Positions 34,300-45,874 are shown, numbered from the stretch's first letter. The stretch: DNA of 62,704 nt from an uncultured Nitrososphaeraceae archaeon (GCA_963825865.1 CAWGVG010000049.1:1-62704); one strand, 5' to 3'. Numbers and translations: made by a program. Notes: generated by a model from the letters alone, not told the origin.

Positions 34300-34800
34300 A
34301 TGGATATATTATTAGTTAACATACGAGTGAACAATAATAAGATAGTCCAATTAGGAGAATACATCCAAATAATTAGCCCAATAATATACGGGGGTGCGTT
34401 AATTGTATCCATATTTCAATTCTCTGCAATGAAAAATATGTCTAGTCAAAGTGTACAACAAACATATGCTACCACCACACAGGTCCTTTTTAATAACCTC
34501 AATAGCAAAGAATATCTGCAAATGTCACAGGAAAGCCCTGTAGTATCCAAATATTATTCGTTAGTTGACAGTCCTCAACAATACTATGTCATAATTCAGT
34601 GCTTTGACATGTTAGAATTCATTTTCTGTCTTTACATAACAAAAATGATTAATAAAGAACTTTGGTTACGATGGGAAGCTACTGCCAAATCAATGATGAC
34701 AATTCCAAAGTTTATAAAAGCATGGGATAAAACAAAGGCTAGTCGTTCACATCATTTCAGAGAACTCATTGATTCGCTTGCATCGGATCTTACAAAATGA
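34300..34800 (+). CDS. hypothetical protein with N-terminal TM helix
   Basis: 166-aa ORF overlapping the HxlR start (ATGA coupling). Confidence 0.6.
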   Translation: MDILLVNIRVNNNKIVQLGEYIQIISPIIYGGALIVSIFQFSAMKNMSSQSVQQTYATTTQVLFNNLNSKEYLQMSQESPVVSKYYSLVDSPQQYYVIIQCFDMLEFIFCLYITKMINKELWLRWEATAKSMMTIPKFIKAWDKTKASRSHHFRELIDSLASDLTK

Positions 34801-35171
34801 TTGACATGGAGCCTGAAGACAACACTAAAATCAAAAGCAAAAAAATAGCTACTGATGTATGCAAAGCCTTAGGAATATGGGATACCATTGGAAAGAAGTG
34901 GTCGTTACTGATTCTGCGATATCTAAGTGCTAATGACAACATTCATTTTAATGAAATAAAACGGCTATTAGGGATAAGTAGCAATGTGCTGGCAAAAAAA
35001 CTTAAACAGTTAGAGCAAGAAGGCCTTGTTACGAGAAGAGCTGTTTATGAGAATAGCCCATTAAGAGTAGAATACAAGATTACACCTTTAGCAAAGGAAT
35101 TAGATGCCATTTTCATAGGCTTAGAGAAATGGGTAGCTAAATGGGAGTCACGGGACGAACTACGATATTAA
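34797..35171 (+). CDS. HxlR/DUF24-family winged-helix regulator
   Basis: Conserved Cys, IGKKWSLLIL, FNEIKR, LKQLEQEGLV, PLRVEYKIT. Confidence 0.92.
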   Translation: MIDMEPEDNTKIKSKKIATDVCKALGIWDTIGKKWSLLILRYLSANDNIHFNEIKRLLGISSNVLAKKLKQLEQEGLVTRRAVYENSPLRVEYKITPLAKELDAIFIGLEKWVAKWESRDELRY

Positions 35172-35202
35172 ATCAACTTGCATTCTGACCGCAAACCATA
35201 TT

Positions 35203-35908
35203 TTAAATTAAATAAAAGAAGCATGAGAGGTGGAATACTGGCAGCAACCATTTCCTTGCTTTCCAAATCTCCTCCGTTGTTAACTCATGGCCACTCTCTT
35301 GCCAACTGAGTGAAATATTGGCACCAGCTTTTTTGAATAAGCCAAAAAGTCTGTCTGCCTCTTGCCTTGAAACTATTGGATCATAAAGTCCAGAAGACAT
35401 GAAGATATACTTGTCATTAAGATCTGGCAATGTTTGTGGTACAAGTGGAACCATAGCACGAAAAAGGATAGCAGAAGAGAGTATTTCTGGACGAAGCAAT
35501 ATCATACTGGCTGCTATGTTTGCACCATTAGAATATCCTACAGCTATTATATGTTGCAAATCAAAATTATAAGTTTTCGATGCATCAATTACAAAGTCTG
35601 CTAGCTCATTTGTACGGAATTTCAAATCTTCTAAATCAAAAACTCCTTCTGCTAGTCTGCGAAAGAATCTGGGTGTAATGCCATTTTCTAATACTTTTCC
35701 TCTGGGACTAAGTATTGCTCACTGTCTTATCTATCTCGTATGCCAATGGAATTAGATCTTGTTCATTTCCCCCAGTACCGTGAAGTAAGAGAAAAGTTGT
35801 AAATGTTTTTCTTTGTGTTGCTCCCTGTTTTGCTCTATCGGAGTCGGTTACATTTTTTGGAGGCACAAAACGGTGGATGAAACCAAGATCAGTTTTAGTT
35901 TTGACCAT
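35203..35908 (-). pseudogene. phospholipase/carboxylesterase (MhqD-like), frameshift ~35710
   Basis: LLLHGTGGNEQDL, RFFRRLAEGVFD, GYSNGANIA, GHELT. Confidence 0.88.
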
Positions 35909-35910
35909 TT

Positions 35911-37047
35911 CTACTTGTGCCCCTTTTGCTGATATTGCTGCTGTTCTTTGTTTAACACTTGTTCTATTTTTTCCTTTATAGGTAAACGCACTGGCGGTAG
36001 AACTCTCTCAAGATCCTTACGCATAGGTTCGAGCCATTTGGGTAATGTCAAATGTGTTCCAAGCTCTTCTACCTTTTCATCAACTGTAAATCCAGGTGGA
36101 TTGGTAGCAATTTCAAAAAGTACTCCGCCAGGTTCGTGAAAGTACACAGAATGAAAGTACACTCGGTCTATTACAGGAGTTGCATTTAGTCCAGCTTTGA
36201 CTATATTTTTGCGTAACACCATTTGTTGTTCATCAGTAGGCGTACGCCATGCAACATGATGCACTGACCCAATTCCTATAGCGGCCTGCCATGTATGAGG
36301 AAGACAAAGAATGTCAACAATGTTGGCACCTCTTGCATTTTCTTCTTGTTCTTCTTTTTGCTCACTAGAAGAAGACGATGAGGTAGTGGGGATTTCATAT
36401 CGGAAGCGATATCCATCTTGATGTGTAAAGACAAACCCAAGCTCCTCAGTTAAAACAGAAGCGGTACGTTCATACCCTTCCTCTGATAAAGTCACAGAAT
36501 AAAAACCTCTTAAAGCATGTTCAATAGGAATTGGCCCTTCTTTCCACACATTAGCAGTTCTATTTTCAGCAGAGTTATGAGCAACAAGTTCCAGTTCTAG
36601 TCCATCTGGATCATGAAACGTTATTACTTGTTCGTTTTCAAATCGCTTATACGGGCCATGAAACTCTATTTTTTTGTCTTTAAATCTATCGAACCAGTAG
36701 TTTATAGAGTTCTCAGGTATCAGGAAAGATACTGCAGATACTTCACCTGTCCCTCTATGTCCTTTAGGTATGTTTGGCCAATGAAAGAAAGTAAGAATTG
36801 TACCTGGGCGTCCTAACTCATCACCATAATAAAGATGGTAGGAAGTAGGGTCGTCTTGATTTACTGTAAGTTTTACAAACCGAAGTCCCAAGATACCAGT
36901 ATAGAATTCGATGTTTCTTTGAGGATCACTAGTTATAGCCGTAACATGGTGTATGCCTAAAACATCTCTTCGATCATGATTCTTTTCCTTTCTATTATTT
37001 TTGGTGACGTCTTCTGATTCTTCCAACACTATTTTATCCGCCTCCAA
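35911..37047 (-). CDS. ring-cleaving dioxygenase (MhqO/MhqE/PcpA-like VOC)
   Basis: GIHHVTAI, TVNQDDP..YHLYYGD, GSVHHVAW, DRVYFHSVYFHEPGGVLFEIAT. Confidence 0.93.
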   Translation of the reverse strand: MEADKIVLEESEDVTKNNRKEKNHDRRDVLGIHHVTAITSDPQRNIEFYTGILGLRFVKLTVNQDDPTSYHLYYGDELGRPGTILTFFHWPNIPKGHRGTGEVSAVSFLIPENSINYWFDRFKDKKIEFHGPYKRFENEQVITFHDPDGLELELVAHNSAENRTANVWKEGPIPIEHALRGFYSVTLSEEGYERTASVLTEELGFVFTHQDGYRFRYEIPTTSSSSSSEQKEEQEENARGANIVDILCLPHTWQAAIGIGSVHHVAWRTPTDEQQMVLRKNIVKAGLNATPVIDRVYFHSVYFHEPGGVLFEIATNPPGFTVDEKVEELGTHLTLPKWLEPMRKDLERVLPPVRLPIKEKIEQVLNKEQQQYQQKGHK

Positions 37048-37314
37048 ACTATATTTTTGATTGTAAAGCTTTCTACCCGATTACACATGAGTAATGATTT
37101 TGACATTTATATAGAAAACATACACCAATTTTACTATATATGCATCGTAGTTATCTCAAACTAACTAGATTTTGGTTTGTATAGTTGGTTATTCTGAACT
37201 TATTATCATAGTTAAATAATATTTTGATAAATTAGTATATGCTTACATAATGGTTGCTAACCAGAGGAACATTTTGGTAACAGGTGCAACAGCAACACCC
37301 TCTTCTTCTTTTGG

Positions 37315-38003
37315 GGCCCTGTTCACTTAACAATCTTTTCCATAATCTCTCTATTGTGCATATCTACAAATAAACTCAACCAATTCATGACATGCTTTAG
37401 CTTACAATCATTATTATCTTTCCTACAAGGGAAATAATCATCAAAACATTCTGTTCTATCTTTTATGTACTGTATCGTCCTTTCTATCGAGCTTTTTTCA
37501 ATTGATGAATGATTGTGATGTTGAATGTTTAGGAATCTACATGCCTGTGGATACCACGTACCACCATCAGTTGAAATATTGTGTTTTCCATATTTTCTAA
37601 TCAGTGATTTTATAAACTGTTCAGCTACAAGCACGTTCCTTTCAATTGAAAGACGAATACCAAGAATTGTCTTTTCGGTTGGCTCGATAGCAACCCATAA
37701 CCATACATAGTCACTACCTACTTTAATCAATGTTTCATCTATGACAAATTCAGATAGTTTGCATCTCCTTTGCAATATCTTCGTTGGCTTGTAACGCTGG
37801 ATCCAGTTCCAAATGGAAACATGGTTTCTTTTGATAAATTGAGATAGCCTTTGTGATGTTCTTCGAAGTGATAAACCTGAAAAGTATAGCTATAATGCAT
37901 AATAAACATACTCTGAAGACGTCCTAGTTCTTTCTTTGGGTGCAGACATCATCAGAATGTAGATGTTTTTAGCTATAGGCTTATCCGTTAACTGAACAGA
38001 ACC
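37315..38003 (-). mobile_element. IS6-family element with 17-bp IRs and 8-bp TSD
   Basis: IRs GGCCCTGTTCACTTAAC and GGTTCTGTTCAGTTAAC (14/17); TCTTTTGG at 37307-37314 and 38004-38011. Confidence 0.93.
37323..37952 (-). pseudogene. IS6 DDE transposase with one in-frame TAG (37890-37892)
   Basis: YFSGLSLRR...VSIWNWIQ, IDETLIKVG, STDGGTWY, IERTIQYIKDRT. Confidence 0.92.
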
Positions 38004-38090
38004 TCTTTTGGTTTGTCAACAATCTTTACTTCTTCATTTAACTGAACAGAACCTCTTTTGGTTTGTCAACAATCTTTACTTCTTCATTTA
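37991..38090. repeat. perfect 50-bp tandem duplication spanning the IS6 end and TSD
   Basis: 37991-38040 identical to 38041-38090. Confidence 0.95.
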
Positions 38091-38424
38091 GAGTGGGTAT
38101 AAAGTTAGCATTTGGTGTTGAAAGATAGTAGTAATAATATGGTGAGGAGAACTATCTTCTAAACTACTATTTTTCGATATTGTAAATGAATATGTTTGCG
38201 CGCAAACCTTGCCATTATGAGTCTTATCTAGTAATTAGTGGTTGAGAAGTAACCAAAACTATCGTGCATAATAATTCTTTGTACTTCGATCGCATTGAAT
38301 GACGATGATTATTATCCTCGCTATAACAGACTCGAGAACAGCAGGGACATTGGAATTTCAGCATGCGCCGTTGAATTGGTTGAAGAAAATACACTAAATC
38401 TAGTACTAGTTTCGAGGGCACTCA

Positions 38425-38800
38425 AAAAAGTCTAGGAATAGATCTAGGATTCGGGTTTAGCAAGACTGCATTCACAGTAATAGAATGTGTTGTCTAATCT
38501 GGCACATGTTATCTATTCAAAGCAGTTTGAGAATTCAAGCACACGTATAATCTGAACAATGGAATTAACAAGGTGTTCGTAGATGGCAGCCAACCTGGAT
38601 TTATTCGCAGCTTAAAAATAGCGATAGGCGAATATGCACAATACGAGCATTTTGTAGAAAAAGCGAAGCAGGACAACAACAACAGGCCATTGCATCTGTA
38701 TATGAATATCGTTCCTGTCAACTTCTCTACTAAACATAGAGCTATGTTAGGTAATGTTCGTAAATGGATTGACAAAGGTCACATTGCCATAGATGCCATG
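38425..38800 (+). pseudogene. terminase large subunit-like C-terminal nuclease fragment
   Basis: KSLGIDLGFGFSKTAFTVIEC...KVFVDGSQPGFIRSLKIAIGE...IVPVNFSTKHRAML. Confidence 0.7.
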
Positions 38801-38940
38801 TAAGATGGAGTGTCAAAATTAGCATCAGTAACAGCATAGAAGAGCACTCGAAATGTGATGGTGGTCCTCCACGTTCTTTGGCAAGTAAAGTAACAGCAGC
38901 AATCAAGTTACTACCTACATTATCTATCAACTGCTACACG
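38795..38940 (-). pseudogene. HSL-family esterase fragment
   Basis: DNVGSNLIAAVTLLAKERGGP/VLFYAVTDANFDTPSY. Confidence 0.7.
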
Positions 38941-39541
38941 AAGCCTTTCACTTGCAGAGATGGACAATTTTCCTTAACTTAATTAACACATAATGCCTCA
39001 ACAATGTCCGGAGAGATCCTATTATATTTGACCTTCCAGTTAGAATAACATTTTCTTTCAAATCATGCCTGGTAAGTTAACAAAGCAACTGCTAAGGCTC
39101 AAACCATAGATGAAACTGTTAATAATAATATTTCTGGTACTTCTAACGATCTAGATGCCTACATAGAGCTTGACTTTTTGGAAGGATTTCGTAAGGTACA
39201 AAGCGTCGGTGGCTATACACCATTTTTAGTTTGACTCTTGTTGAACCTGCAAGATAAAACCAACACTTGAGTTTCACCAATTCTTAAATCAATCGTTGAT
39301 TAACTGATGTATGCTGTGCCAAAACGCTGTAAATTGGAAGACTTTGTGAAAGTTAGCTTTATTCATTTGTTCATGTACTTCATAGAATATGTTAGTGCAA
39401 CTCTTTTCTTTAGGTCACTAGGATTAGCTTCACAAGACAAAGCTTTAGCTTTTTCTATTATCCAGATAGATCTCTTATCTTAAAGAAGATATAACAATCT
39501 TTATGGAATGAAAAGCGCGACTTGATCTTAATACTAGTTGT

Positions 39542-40180
39542 TCATGCTTTATATCCTATTAGCAGAGCCATTTCAAGCCACTTCCAATAACAATCTATTT
39601 CCACAAATCCTATATCTTTCAACCAACCTAACTGTATTTCCATTGGTAACAATCTATTAGCTCTATCTTCTTTTTCTGGAGTGTATCCTATCGCGTTGAG
39701 AAATCTAACATGCAATTCAACAGATGGTGATGCTACATGTTCTAAATTACAAAACACTCCTGTTGGATTGACAATATCATAAATTTCTTCATAAAGTTCA
39801 TGCTTACGTTCATGTTTGAGGTGGTGGATAGCAAAGCTTGATACAACAGCGTCAAAGTAGCCTAAATCAGGCAGAGGTTGACTGAGGTCATGATTTACGA
39901 TCTTAACCTTCGAATCACCAGCAAAATGTTCTCTTGCGGACTTTAGCATTGTTGGAGATACATCTAACGCTACTGCTTCTTCTATATCTGGCCGATTTGC
40001 CTTTATGAGTCTAATTAATCTTCCATCTCCTGTCCCTAGATCCAAAATTCGCTTAGTATTTTCAGGCAGGTGATCTATCAACACAGATTCACCTTCTGAT
40101 CGATGTGGAAGATTATCTGCTACATTTAGATATGCCAGAGCATTCTGCGGACTAGACCATTCTTTTGAGGAACGACTCAT
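39542..40180 (-). CDS. class I SAM-dependent methyltransferase
   Basis: ILDLGTGDG, ALDVSPTML, FDAVVSSFAIHHL. Confidence 0.93.
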   Translation of the reverse strand: MSRSSKEWSSPQNALAYLNVADNLPHRSEGESVLIDHLPENTKRILDLGTGDGRLIRLIKANRPDIEEAVALDVSPTMLKSAREHFAGDSKVKIVNHDLSQPLPDLGYFDAVVSSFAIHHLKHERKHELYEEIYDIVNPTGVFCNLEHVASPSVELHVRFLNAIGYTPEKEDRANRLLPMEIQLGWLKDIGFVEIDCYWKWLEMALLIGYKA

Positions 40181-40449
40181 GTTTAAAATTCTCTATAGCT
40201 GTAAAAAAGCATTTCTAAATGTGCTATTCGCTTGTATTCAATTTCTAAATGTGCTATTCGTAGTCGTAGGTACTTTCTTAATTAATATCTGCAGAGACTT
40301 GGCTATCTAATTGGCTATGGCCTTTACCGCTTAACTCAAATACCTGTCTTCTGCGCCAATCAATTTTATATTTCTGATACTTGTTCTGTAGATGTATGGT
40401 CATGAGCCGATCAGAAGCAACAAGAAGAACAACGACTAATAGAATATTC

Positions 40450-40715
40450 AGATGGGATTACAATGGAGCATGTAAGGGCTAGCATGTCTCCCCATACAGT
40501 AATTGACTATCCAAAATTTGAAGACATCCAAAATCAAGAAACTAGATATCTTTGGGACGGAGCGTTTCTAAGCAATACTCCACTGAGAGAATTGCTCAAT
40601 TGATATACGATTTCATGATAGAACACGATATGATGTAAAGGTAGCCGAGATGATTTCAGATTATTTGATATTGCATGGCCAGCTAAAAAATCTAGCAATA
40701 AAATGTATTAATGGT
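40450..40715 (+). pseudogene. patatin-like phospholipase fragment
   Basis: ITMEHVRAS...RYLWDGAFLSNTPLRELL. Confidence 0.65.
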
Positions 40716-40719
40716 TATA

Positions 40720-41178
40720 TTACAAGGATGAAAAATGTGAAAAATCATTATTGTGCCATTGTTTCATTATTGGATGTGAGTTTTTGATTTCTAAAAGCTG
40801 CGCTTGAGCCAGAAACAACCTGCCATGGACATTGTCTGTTGGTTTTCCAAAAGATCGCAATACGGTTTCAACCATTTCTAAGCTGTGCATTGGAATAAAA
40901 TCTTCCGGATAGTAAACTGAGAGTATTTTTGATCTGACAGGTCTGTAAATATTATATTTACGTTCAAGGCTCTGTAATAGTGAATCAAGGTTATGGTCAA
41001 TATGATATTGCTTTGAGCTATCTACTTGAGATAAGACCCATTGTAGTGTTTCTATTTCAATCATTAATGTTTCATTGTATATAGGATTGTGTGCTTTGTG
41101 TATTCTACCTCTAAGCTCTTCAATCCTATCTAACAGTATGTCTTCAAAGTCTGATAACAACAATAATGATTTTGTCAT
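40720..41178 (-). pseudogene. probable chimeric ORF: small helical protein plus McrB-associated-like segment
   Basis: Change of character after ETLQWVLSQ; SKILSVYYPEDFIPMHS recalls restriction AAA+ proteins. Confidence 0.35.
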
Positions 41179-41543
41179 AATAGACGGAAAACTTACTTTG
41201 ACAGAAGCTAAAAAAGCTCATGTTGTGCATGCATCCTTAATCCTTGAGGTTTTATAGCATATTCCTTCTGTTCTATCAATCACAGCCATTTCTATATCAT
41301 TTGATATAATATATTATAGCAATGAGATTGCAAAGCTTCTGAGAATGCCTCTTAGGAACACCAACGTCATGTCACATGGCCTATATTTATAAGACATAAA
41401 CCACGCTTTACCACAATAGGATTAATAATAATAATAACCATTATTTTTACTGTCTATGCATGCAGTTGAGTATACATATTATCTTATTTGATAAATCTTC
41501 TTTATCTCACACTTCTAACGTATTATAATAAGAGGTATCTTAG

Positions 41544-42623
41544 TTGCCAACCCATGCTGCAAAGAATACTTCCTGGATCAACCGATTCTTTAAAGATATC
41601 ATACATCTAGACAAATCTTCATTTAGCCTTGCAGCGGGACTCAGAGCAGCAGTCTTTATCATTGCACCAATAATCCTAGCTTTTGTAATCCAACAACCGG
41701 CCTTGTTCTTAGCAGCCATTGGGGCTATTGTTCTTACCGCAACTGCAAAAATGCTCCCTACCATACCATCACGGATTCTTCTTCTAGCTTGCTTCACAGA
41801 CGCAGCGAGCTTCGGATTGGGAACTCTTGCCGCTACTACAGGCCATCTCCTCTCTCCAGTCTTACTTGGAATTGCTGTATTTGCAGCTCTTGCCGTTTGG
41901 GCCAATACAAAGTGGGCGGCTGTTGGTATGTATACGGCAATCATTTTCACCATTGGAGTAGGCTTACCCGGTTTTTCAATACAATCAGCAGGTCTGAGGA
42001 CACTTTTTTCTCTTATCGGAATGTTATGGGCGCTGCTTGGTGTAGAGATTCATCGCTTTGCTCTGTCACACAGAAGAATACAACAACTGTCGGGGTCAGA
42101 AAGTGTAGCAATAACAACTGAAGAACAACAACAACCATCAACTCCACGATTAGCGGCACTAAGAAGTGCTCTTCCGATAGGGATTGTATCTGCTCTTGGT
42201 TATACCGTTGGACTTGTACTAGGACTTCCGAGAGATTTTTGGATTGTTGTACCGATAATTCTTGCGATTAGGTCAACTAGCTCTACTCTAACAATGACTT
42301 TTACTTCAATGATGATAATCGGAACCATAGCAGGTGCATTGATAGCAACAGTGATAACCCTTGAGACCAATAATCATTATTTGCTTCTAGCATTGCTGTT
42401 CTCTTTTGCAGTTGTTGTATTTGCAACTCTAGGAGTCAGTATTACCCTTACCCAAATATTCTTAGTACCATTCGTTATAATCCTACTCAATCTCTATTAT
42501 CCTGGTCAATGGTATCTTCCATTTATCCGAATTCTCAATGTAGCAATTGGAGCAGCAATTGCAGTAGCTGTGGTTTATCTGCTCAGTGCTTTGAGCGGTT
42601 CAAGACTTACGCTCAGAAAATAG
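41544..42623 (+). CDS. FUSC-family (aromatic acid exporter-like) membrane protein
   Basis: Many TM helices; GLPRDFWIVV, IIGTIAGA, RILNVAIGAAIA. Confidence 0.85.
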   Translation: MPTHAAKNTSWINRFFKDIIHLDKSSFSLAAGLRAAVFIIAPIILAFVIQQPALFLAAIGAIVLTATAKMLPTIPSRILLLACFTDAASFGLGTLAATTGHLLSPVLLGIAVFAALAVWANTKWAAVGMYTAIIFTIGVGLPGFSIQSAGLRTLFSLIGMLWALLGVEIHRFALSHRRIQQLSGSESVAITTEEQQQPSTPRLAALRSALPIGIVSALGYTVGLVLGLPRDFWIVVPIILAIRSTSSTLTMTFTSMMIIGTIAGALIATVITLETNNHYLLLALLFSFAVVVFATLGVSITLTQIFLVPFVIILLNLYYPGQWYLPFIRILNVAIGAAIAVAVVYLLSALSGSRLTLRK

Positions 42624-43051
42624 GGATATTTATATTGAAAGAAAAGACACGAAAAATACGGATTTGAGCGGCTGCAAACAGATACGTTTGAATGATATTT
42701 CTGGAGGAGTTATTGACAGGACTTCAAATCCTGACACCATTTTGAAAGTAGAAGTTCAATTAGAGAATACTGGTTACGGTGGAATACGAGGACAGGTTCA
42801 GAGAAATAAACTCTAAATAGATGATGACAAAATGATAGTAATACAGGAGAATTTTCACACGGTTATTACTATGATGACAATCTAAAAAGAGAACCTACCC
42901 ATTATAGTTGGCATCCAAGCAAGGCGTTATAGCATGGCCTTGGCTTGGGGCTGCATTGGCTAAAACAATTAAGCTAACAATAGTATGGTTTATGAGCTGC
43001 AACTGCACTAGAAGTGATGATAGTAGCGATATGATAAATTTGTAAATGAAG

Positions 43052-43267
43052 TTAAATATTCTGCATCTCGACCGCGTCATTTTGTTGTTCTTTAGAACCA
43101 TTGTTATTAACAGATTTTTCAGTTGCATCAAAGATAATTTTTGCTACATAGACGTCTATTCCAAGTACTGAGGCAATTTCTACTGGTCCCGAATTAAGTA
43201 TGGATTCAATAGTAAGTCCACTATTTATTAATGCATCTTTGAGACCAGTCGCGATTTCTAGCTCATC
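43052..43267 (-). CDS. small helix-hairpin-helix-like protein
   Basis: IDELEIATGLKDALINSGLTIESILN...IASVLGIDVYVAKII. Confidence 0.6.
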   Translation of the reverse strand, partial: DELEIATGLKDALINSGLTIESILNSGPVEIASVLGIDVYVAKIIFDATEKSVNNNGSKEQQNDAVEMQNI

Positions 43268-43559
43268 AATTACATGGTCCATGTTATATTAACAATTAAA
43301 AATATTACAAAGGAACAAAAACCTATTCATTATAAAATAATGGTATCACCAGGCCTCAACATGGATCATATAGTTTATGTCGATAAACAATGGCAAGAGG
43401 ACATATTTGTCAACCACTTTCCTAAATTTTGCTCATTTAACTGCATCTTTAAATCCAAAGACTGGATCATAAGGATATAACACTACTTTTCCTTGAGGAG
43501 TACATCCCAGAGCTAACACATGCCCAATTTGGTTTTCCCAATTAATTTCTCATCTCTTT

Positions 43560-43655
43560 CGTTTTCAGATACAAACTTGATAGGACCATCTTCTAGAGCA
43601 GTAGTTGTAAGCAAATCAGTCTTCATAGAATAACATTCCTTTGCAATATTTTGAC
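43560..43655 (-). pseudogene. internal fragment resembling the HTH (small-terminase-like) family
   Basis: IAKECYSMKTDLLTTTALEDGPIKFVSE. Confidence 0.45.
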
Positions 43656-43666
43656 TCTTGAATCAA

Positions 43667-43758
43667 AGCTAGCGGGTCCCGATCTGTCGCCAGAAAATCT
43701 GAGCGCCTCACGCTGGCCCCTTGCCCGTCAGCCGTAGTATCCGTGGCTTCTGCTAGCT
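43667..43758. other. GC-rich ~90-bp island closed by an inverted repeat
   Basis: About 63% GC by hand count in AT-rich DNA; AGCTAGCGG...CTGCTAGCT ends. Confidence 0.5.
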
Positions 43759-43792
43759 ATTAAAACAGGGTTGGGATATATTTGTCATAGAA

Positions 43793-44135
43793 TTGTCGAC
43801 AGGATATCAAAACGAAGTTACAACTGTAATTTGTAGGAAGATAAGACAAGGTCATGAAAAAGATTATAACGATTGGGTTAGGCATTATTTGAAATTAGAA
43901 AGAAAAGCTCCCGGCTACCTTGGTACTACAATAATTATTCCTGGAGGCGAGCAAATCATCTTTGCGATATATTATTCGGCGTTTTACTGATAAGGCTACT
44001 ATGGATGCATGGGATAACTCAGAAGAATCCCAAAAGCTAATAGAAGAAGCAAACAATTATTCTGTACGACACTATGAGACTCGGTTTGGAAACATGGTTT
44101 ACATTACCAGACTTGAAAACTCTTAGTCAAACCAG
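43793..44135 (+). pseudogene. antibiotic-biosynthesis-monooxygenase-like protein, frameshifted and truncated
   Basis: RKIRQGHEKDYNDW...PGYLG; shifted frame RFTDKATMDAWDNSEE...GLETWF. Confidence 0.75.
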
Positions 44136-44419
44136 ACTTGAGCAGCAGAAGTTTCGATGAACCCCGGAGCAAGATCCAATCCTTCATGATGAATAAAGCA
44201 TATTAGAAGGTGACACAAACGTTATGTCGTAAATAAGGAAAAACATTTTCTAAATACAATGTTTCATATGCGTATCAGGTCAAAATACTTAGAAAGCTGA
44301 CCATGCCTATTTGCTTTTTGTCTGTAATTCACTCAGTTATCGCTGCTGTCGCTACTTTTGCTGCCTGCCCTTTACTGCTATGACTGCTGTCACCAGTTAA
44401 AGATGAAGAATCATAGCAC

Positions 44420-44791
44420 TTGAAATTGGATTGGTCCAAGAAGACTGATAAGTCCTCCCTTAAACAGCGGATACATGATGCAGATGGGTATATCCAAACT
44501 CATCGGTATGATCCTAACTTCAAAGACGCAGTAAGAAGCAGTGGTTTTTTCAGACCAGAGGTGGACACAAAAAAAGGTTTGTTTGATAAAATAAAAAATA
44601 ATTTATGGTACAGATTTAAGCATAAGTCACCTAGACTAGCTTTAAGATGTGCAGGTGTTCTTTTTGAAGAGATAGACAGTATACTAGAAAGTTTGGCTAA
44701 ATTCGTTCCGGGATTAGAAGGCCTGATTGAGATCAAGAAACACATACGGAATGGACTTTCTGCGGCAGAGGTTGCTTCATCTTACCGTTGA
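44420..44791 (+). CDS. hypothetical protein or C-terminal fragment
   Basis: 123-aa ORF, TTG start, protein-like composition. Confidence 0.4.
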   Translation: MKLDWSKKTDKSSLKQRIHDADGYIQTHRYDPNFKDAVRSSGFFRPEVDTKKGLFDKIKNNLWYRFKHKSPRLALRCAGVLFEEIDSILESLAKFVPGLEGLIEIKKHIRNGLSAAEVASSYR

Positions 44792-45059
44792 AATAGCTTC
44801 TCAGGTCTAGTGGAATCATTAATACTTGGGGAAAATGTTGCCATTAGAATTCTAAAAGATCAGGAAAAAGATTTCAACGAATCCTATTGCCTCACATTCC
44901 ACAAGTGATAAGGATACAAAGCAAAAGCTCAAAAAGCAATATGTAACCAAAGAGAAAATAGGAAATTTGAAAGAAAATACACGCGTTAATTACAGCCGAT
45001 AGCAACAATATTTAGTTTAATCAATTTGCTTTTTAATTATTCAAAAAACTTGGTTCATG

Positions 45060-45491
45060 CGAACTTTAACTTGCTACATTTTGAGTATATTCTATCTTCT
45101 CTTTACAACGATTTTTTTATCAAGCATGACTTTCCAGATACCAAGACCTAGCAATATTGCACCCAATCCTATAGTTGATCCAATGGTAGTAACATGCAGC
45201 AGAACTATTGTTAGAAGCTAGCGCACCTTGACCAATTAGTGCAATCAAACCTGCAATAATTAAACCACCATTGATGAATAATAATGCCGATACTGCACTT
45301 GAAGGCTCTTTTCTTCCAATTACAAAGCCGAATACTGACATTATTACAGCACCACCTCCTAATATGCCTCCTCTTACTGCCACACCAAATGGTAAAAATC
45401 CTCTTGGTTTTACAAATACATCTGAACCATAAATAATCAATAGTATTAAAGATGCAACTAGCAAAGCTATAGCGATTTTGACCCTGGTCAT
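45060..45491 (-). pseudogene. small membrane protein, frameshifted near C-terminus
   Basis: Three TM helices, RGGILGGGAV; a fourth helix lies in a shifted frame. Confidence 0.55.
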
Positions 45492-45874
45492 GCTCTGGAA
45501 TTTGTAATCAGATTTAATAAACCTACTTTATTAATCATGAGTTAGCTAATCCCATCTTGACTTGACGTCTGAACGAATTTCTCATTATCTATAACCTGCT
45601 TAACATTCAAGTTATTAGCAGTCTTTCATTTTTAATGAATACTAAATAAAGATACATTGCATATGAAAAAAATAAGGCTCTTGTTTTTATATCGTAGTAA
45701 TATGATGTATCAGTTACTTTAGATTTTCTAGTATCTGTGTTAAGCCAATAGATGCACCATTGTTATGATCCATTGTGCTGTAAATTCCATATGCTTGAAG
45801 TTAGGAATATCTATCTTTGGATCTGTTACAATGCACATTTGGAAAAGCGGCTTGATTTAGACAGCTCAATCTAT

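Noticed and set aside
8585-37892. Stop-codon recoding (Sec/Pyl) to explain in-frame TGA/TAG in the SIR2, macro, IS6 and PepSY genes
   Set aside because: All three stop types occur alongside frameshifts and truncations, so simple decay is sufficient.
40211-40260. 20-bp direct repeat with a 10-bp spacer as a mini-CRISPR
   Set aside because: Only two units and the spacer is too short; a local duplication is more likely.
43667-43758. tRNA gene or integration site
   Set aside because: No T-loop GTTC(G/A)A or D-arm pattern on either strand.
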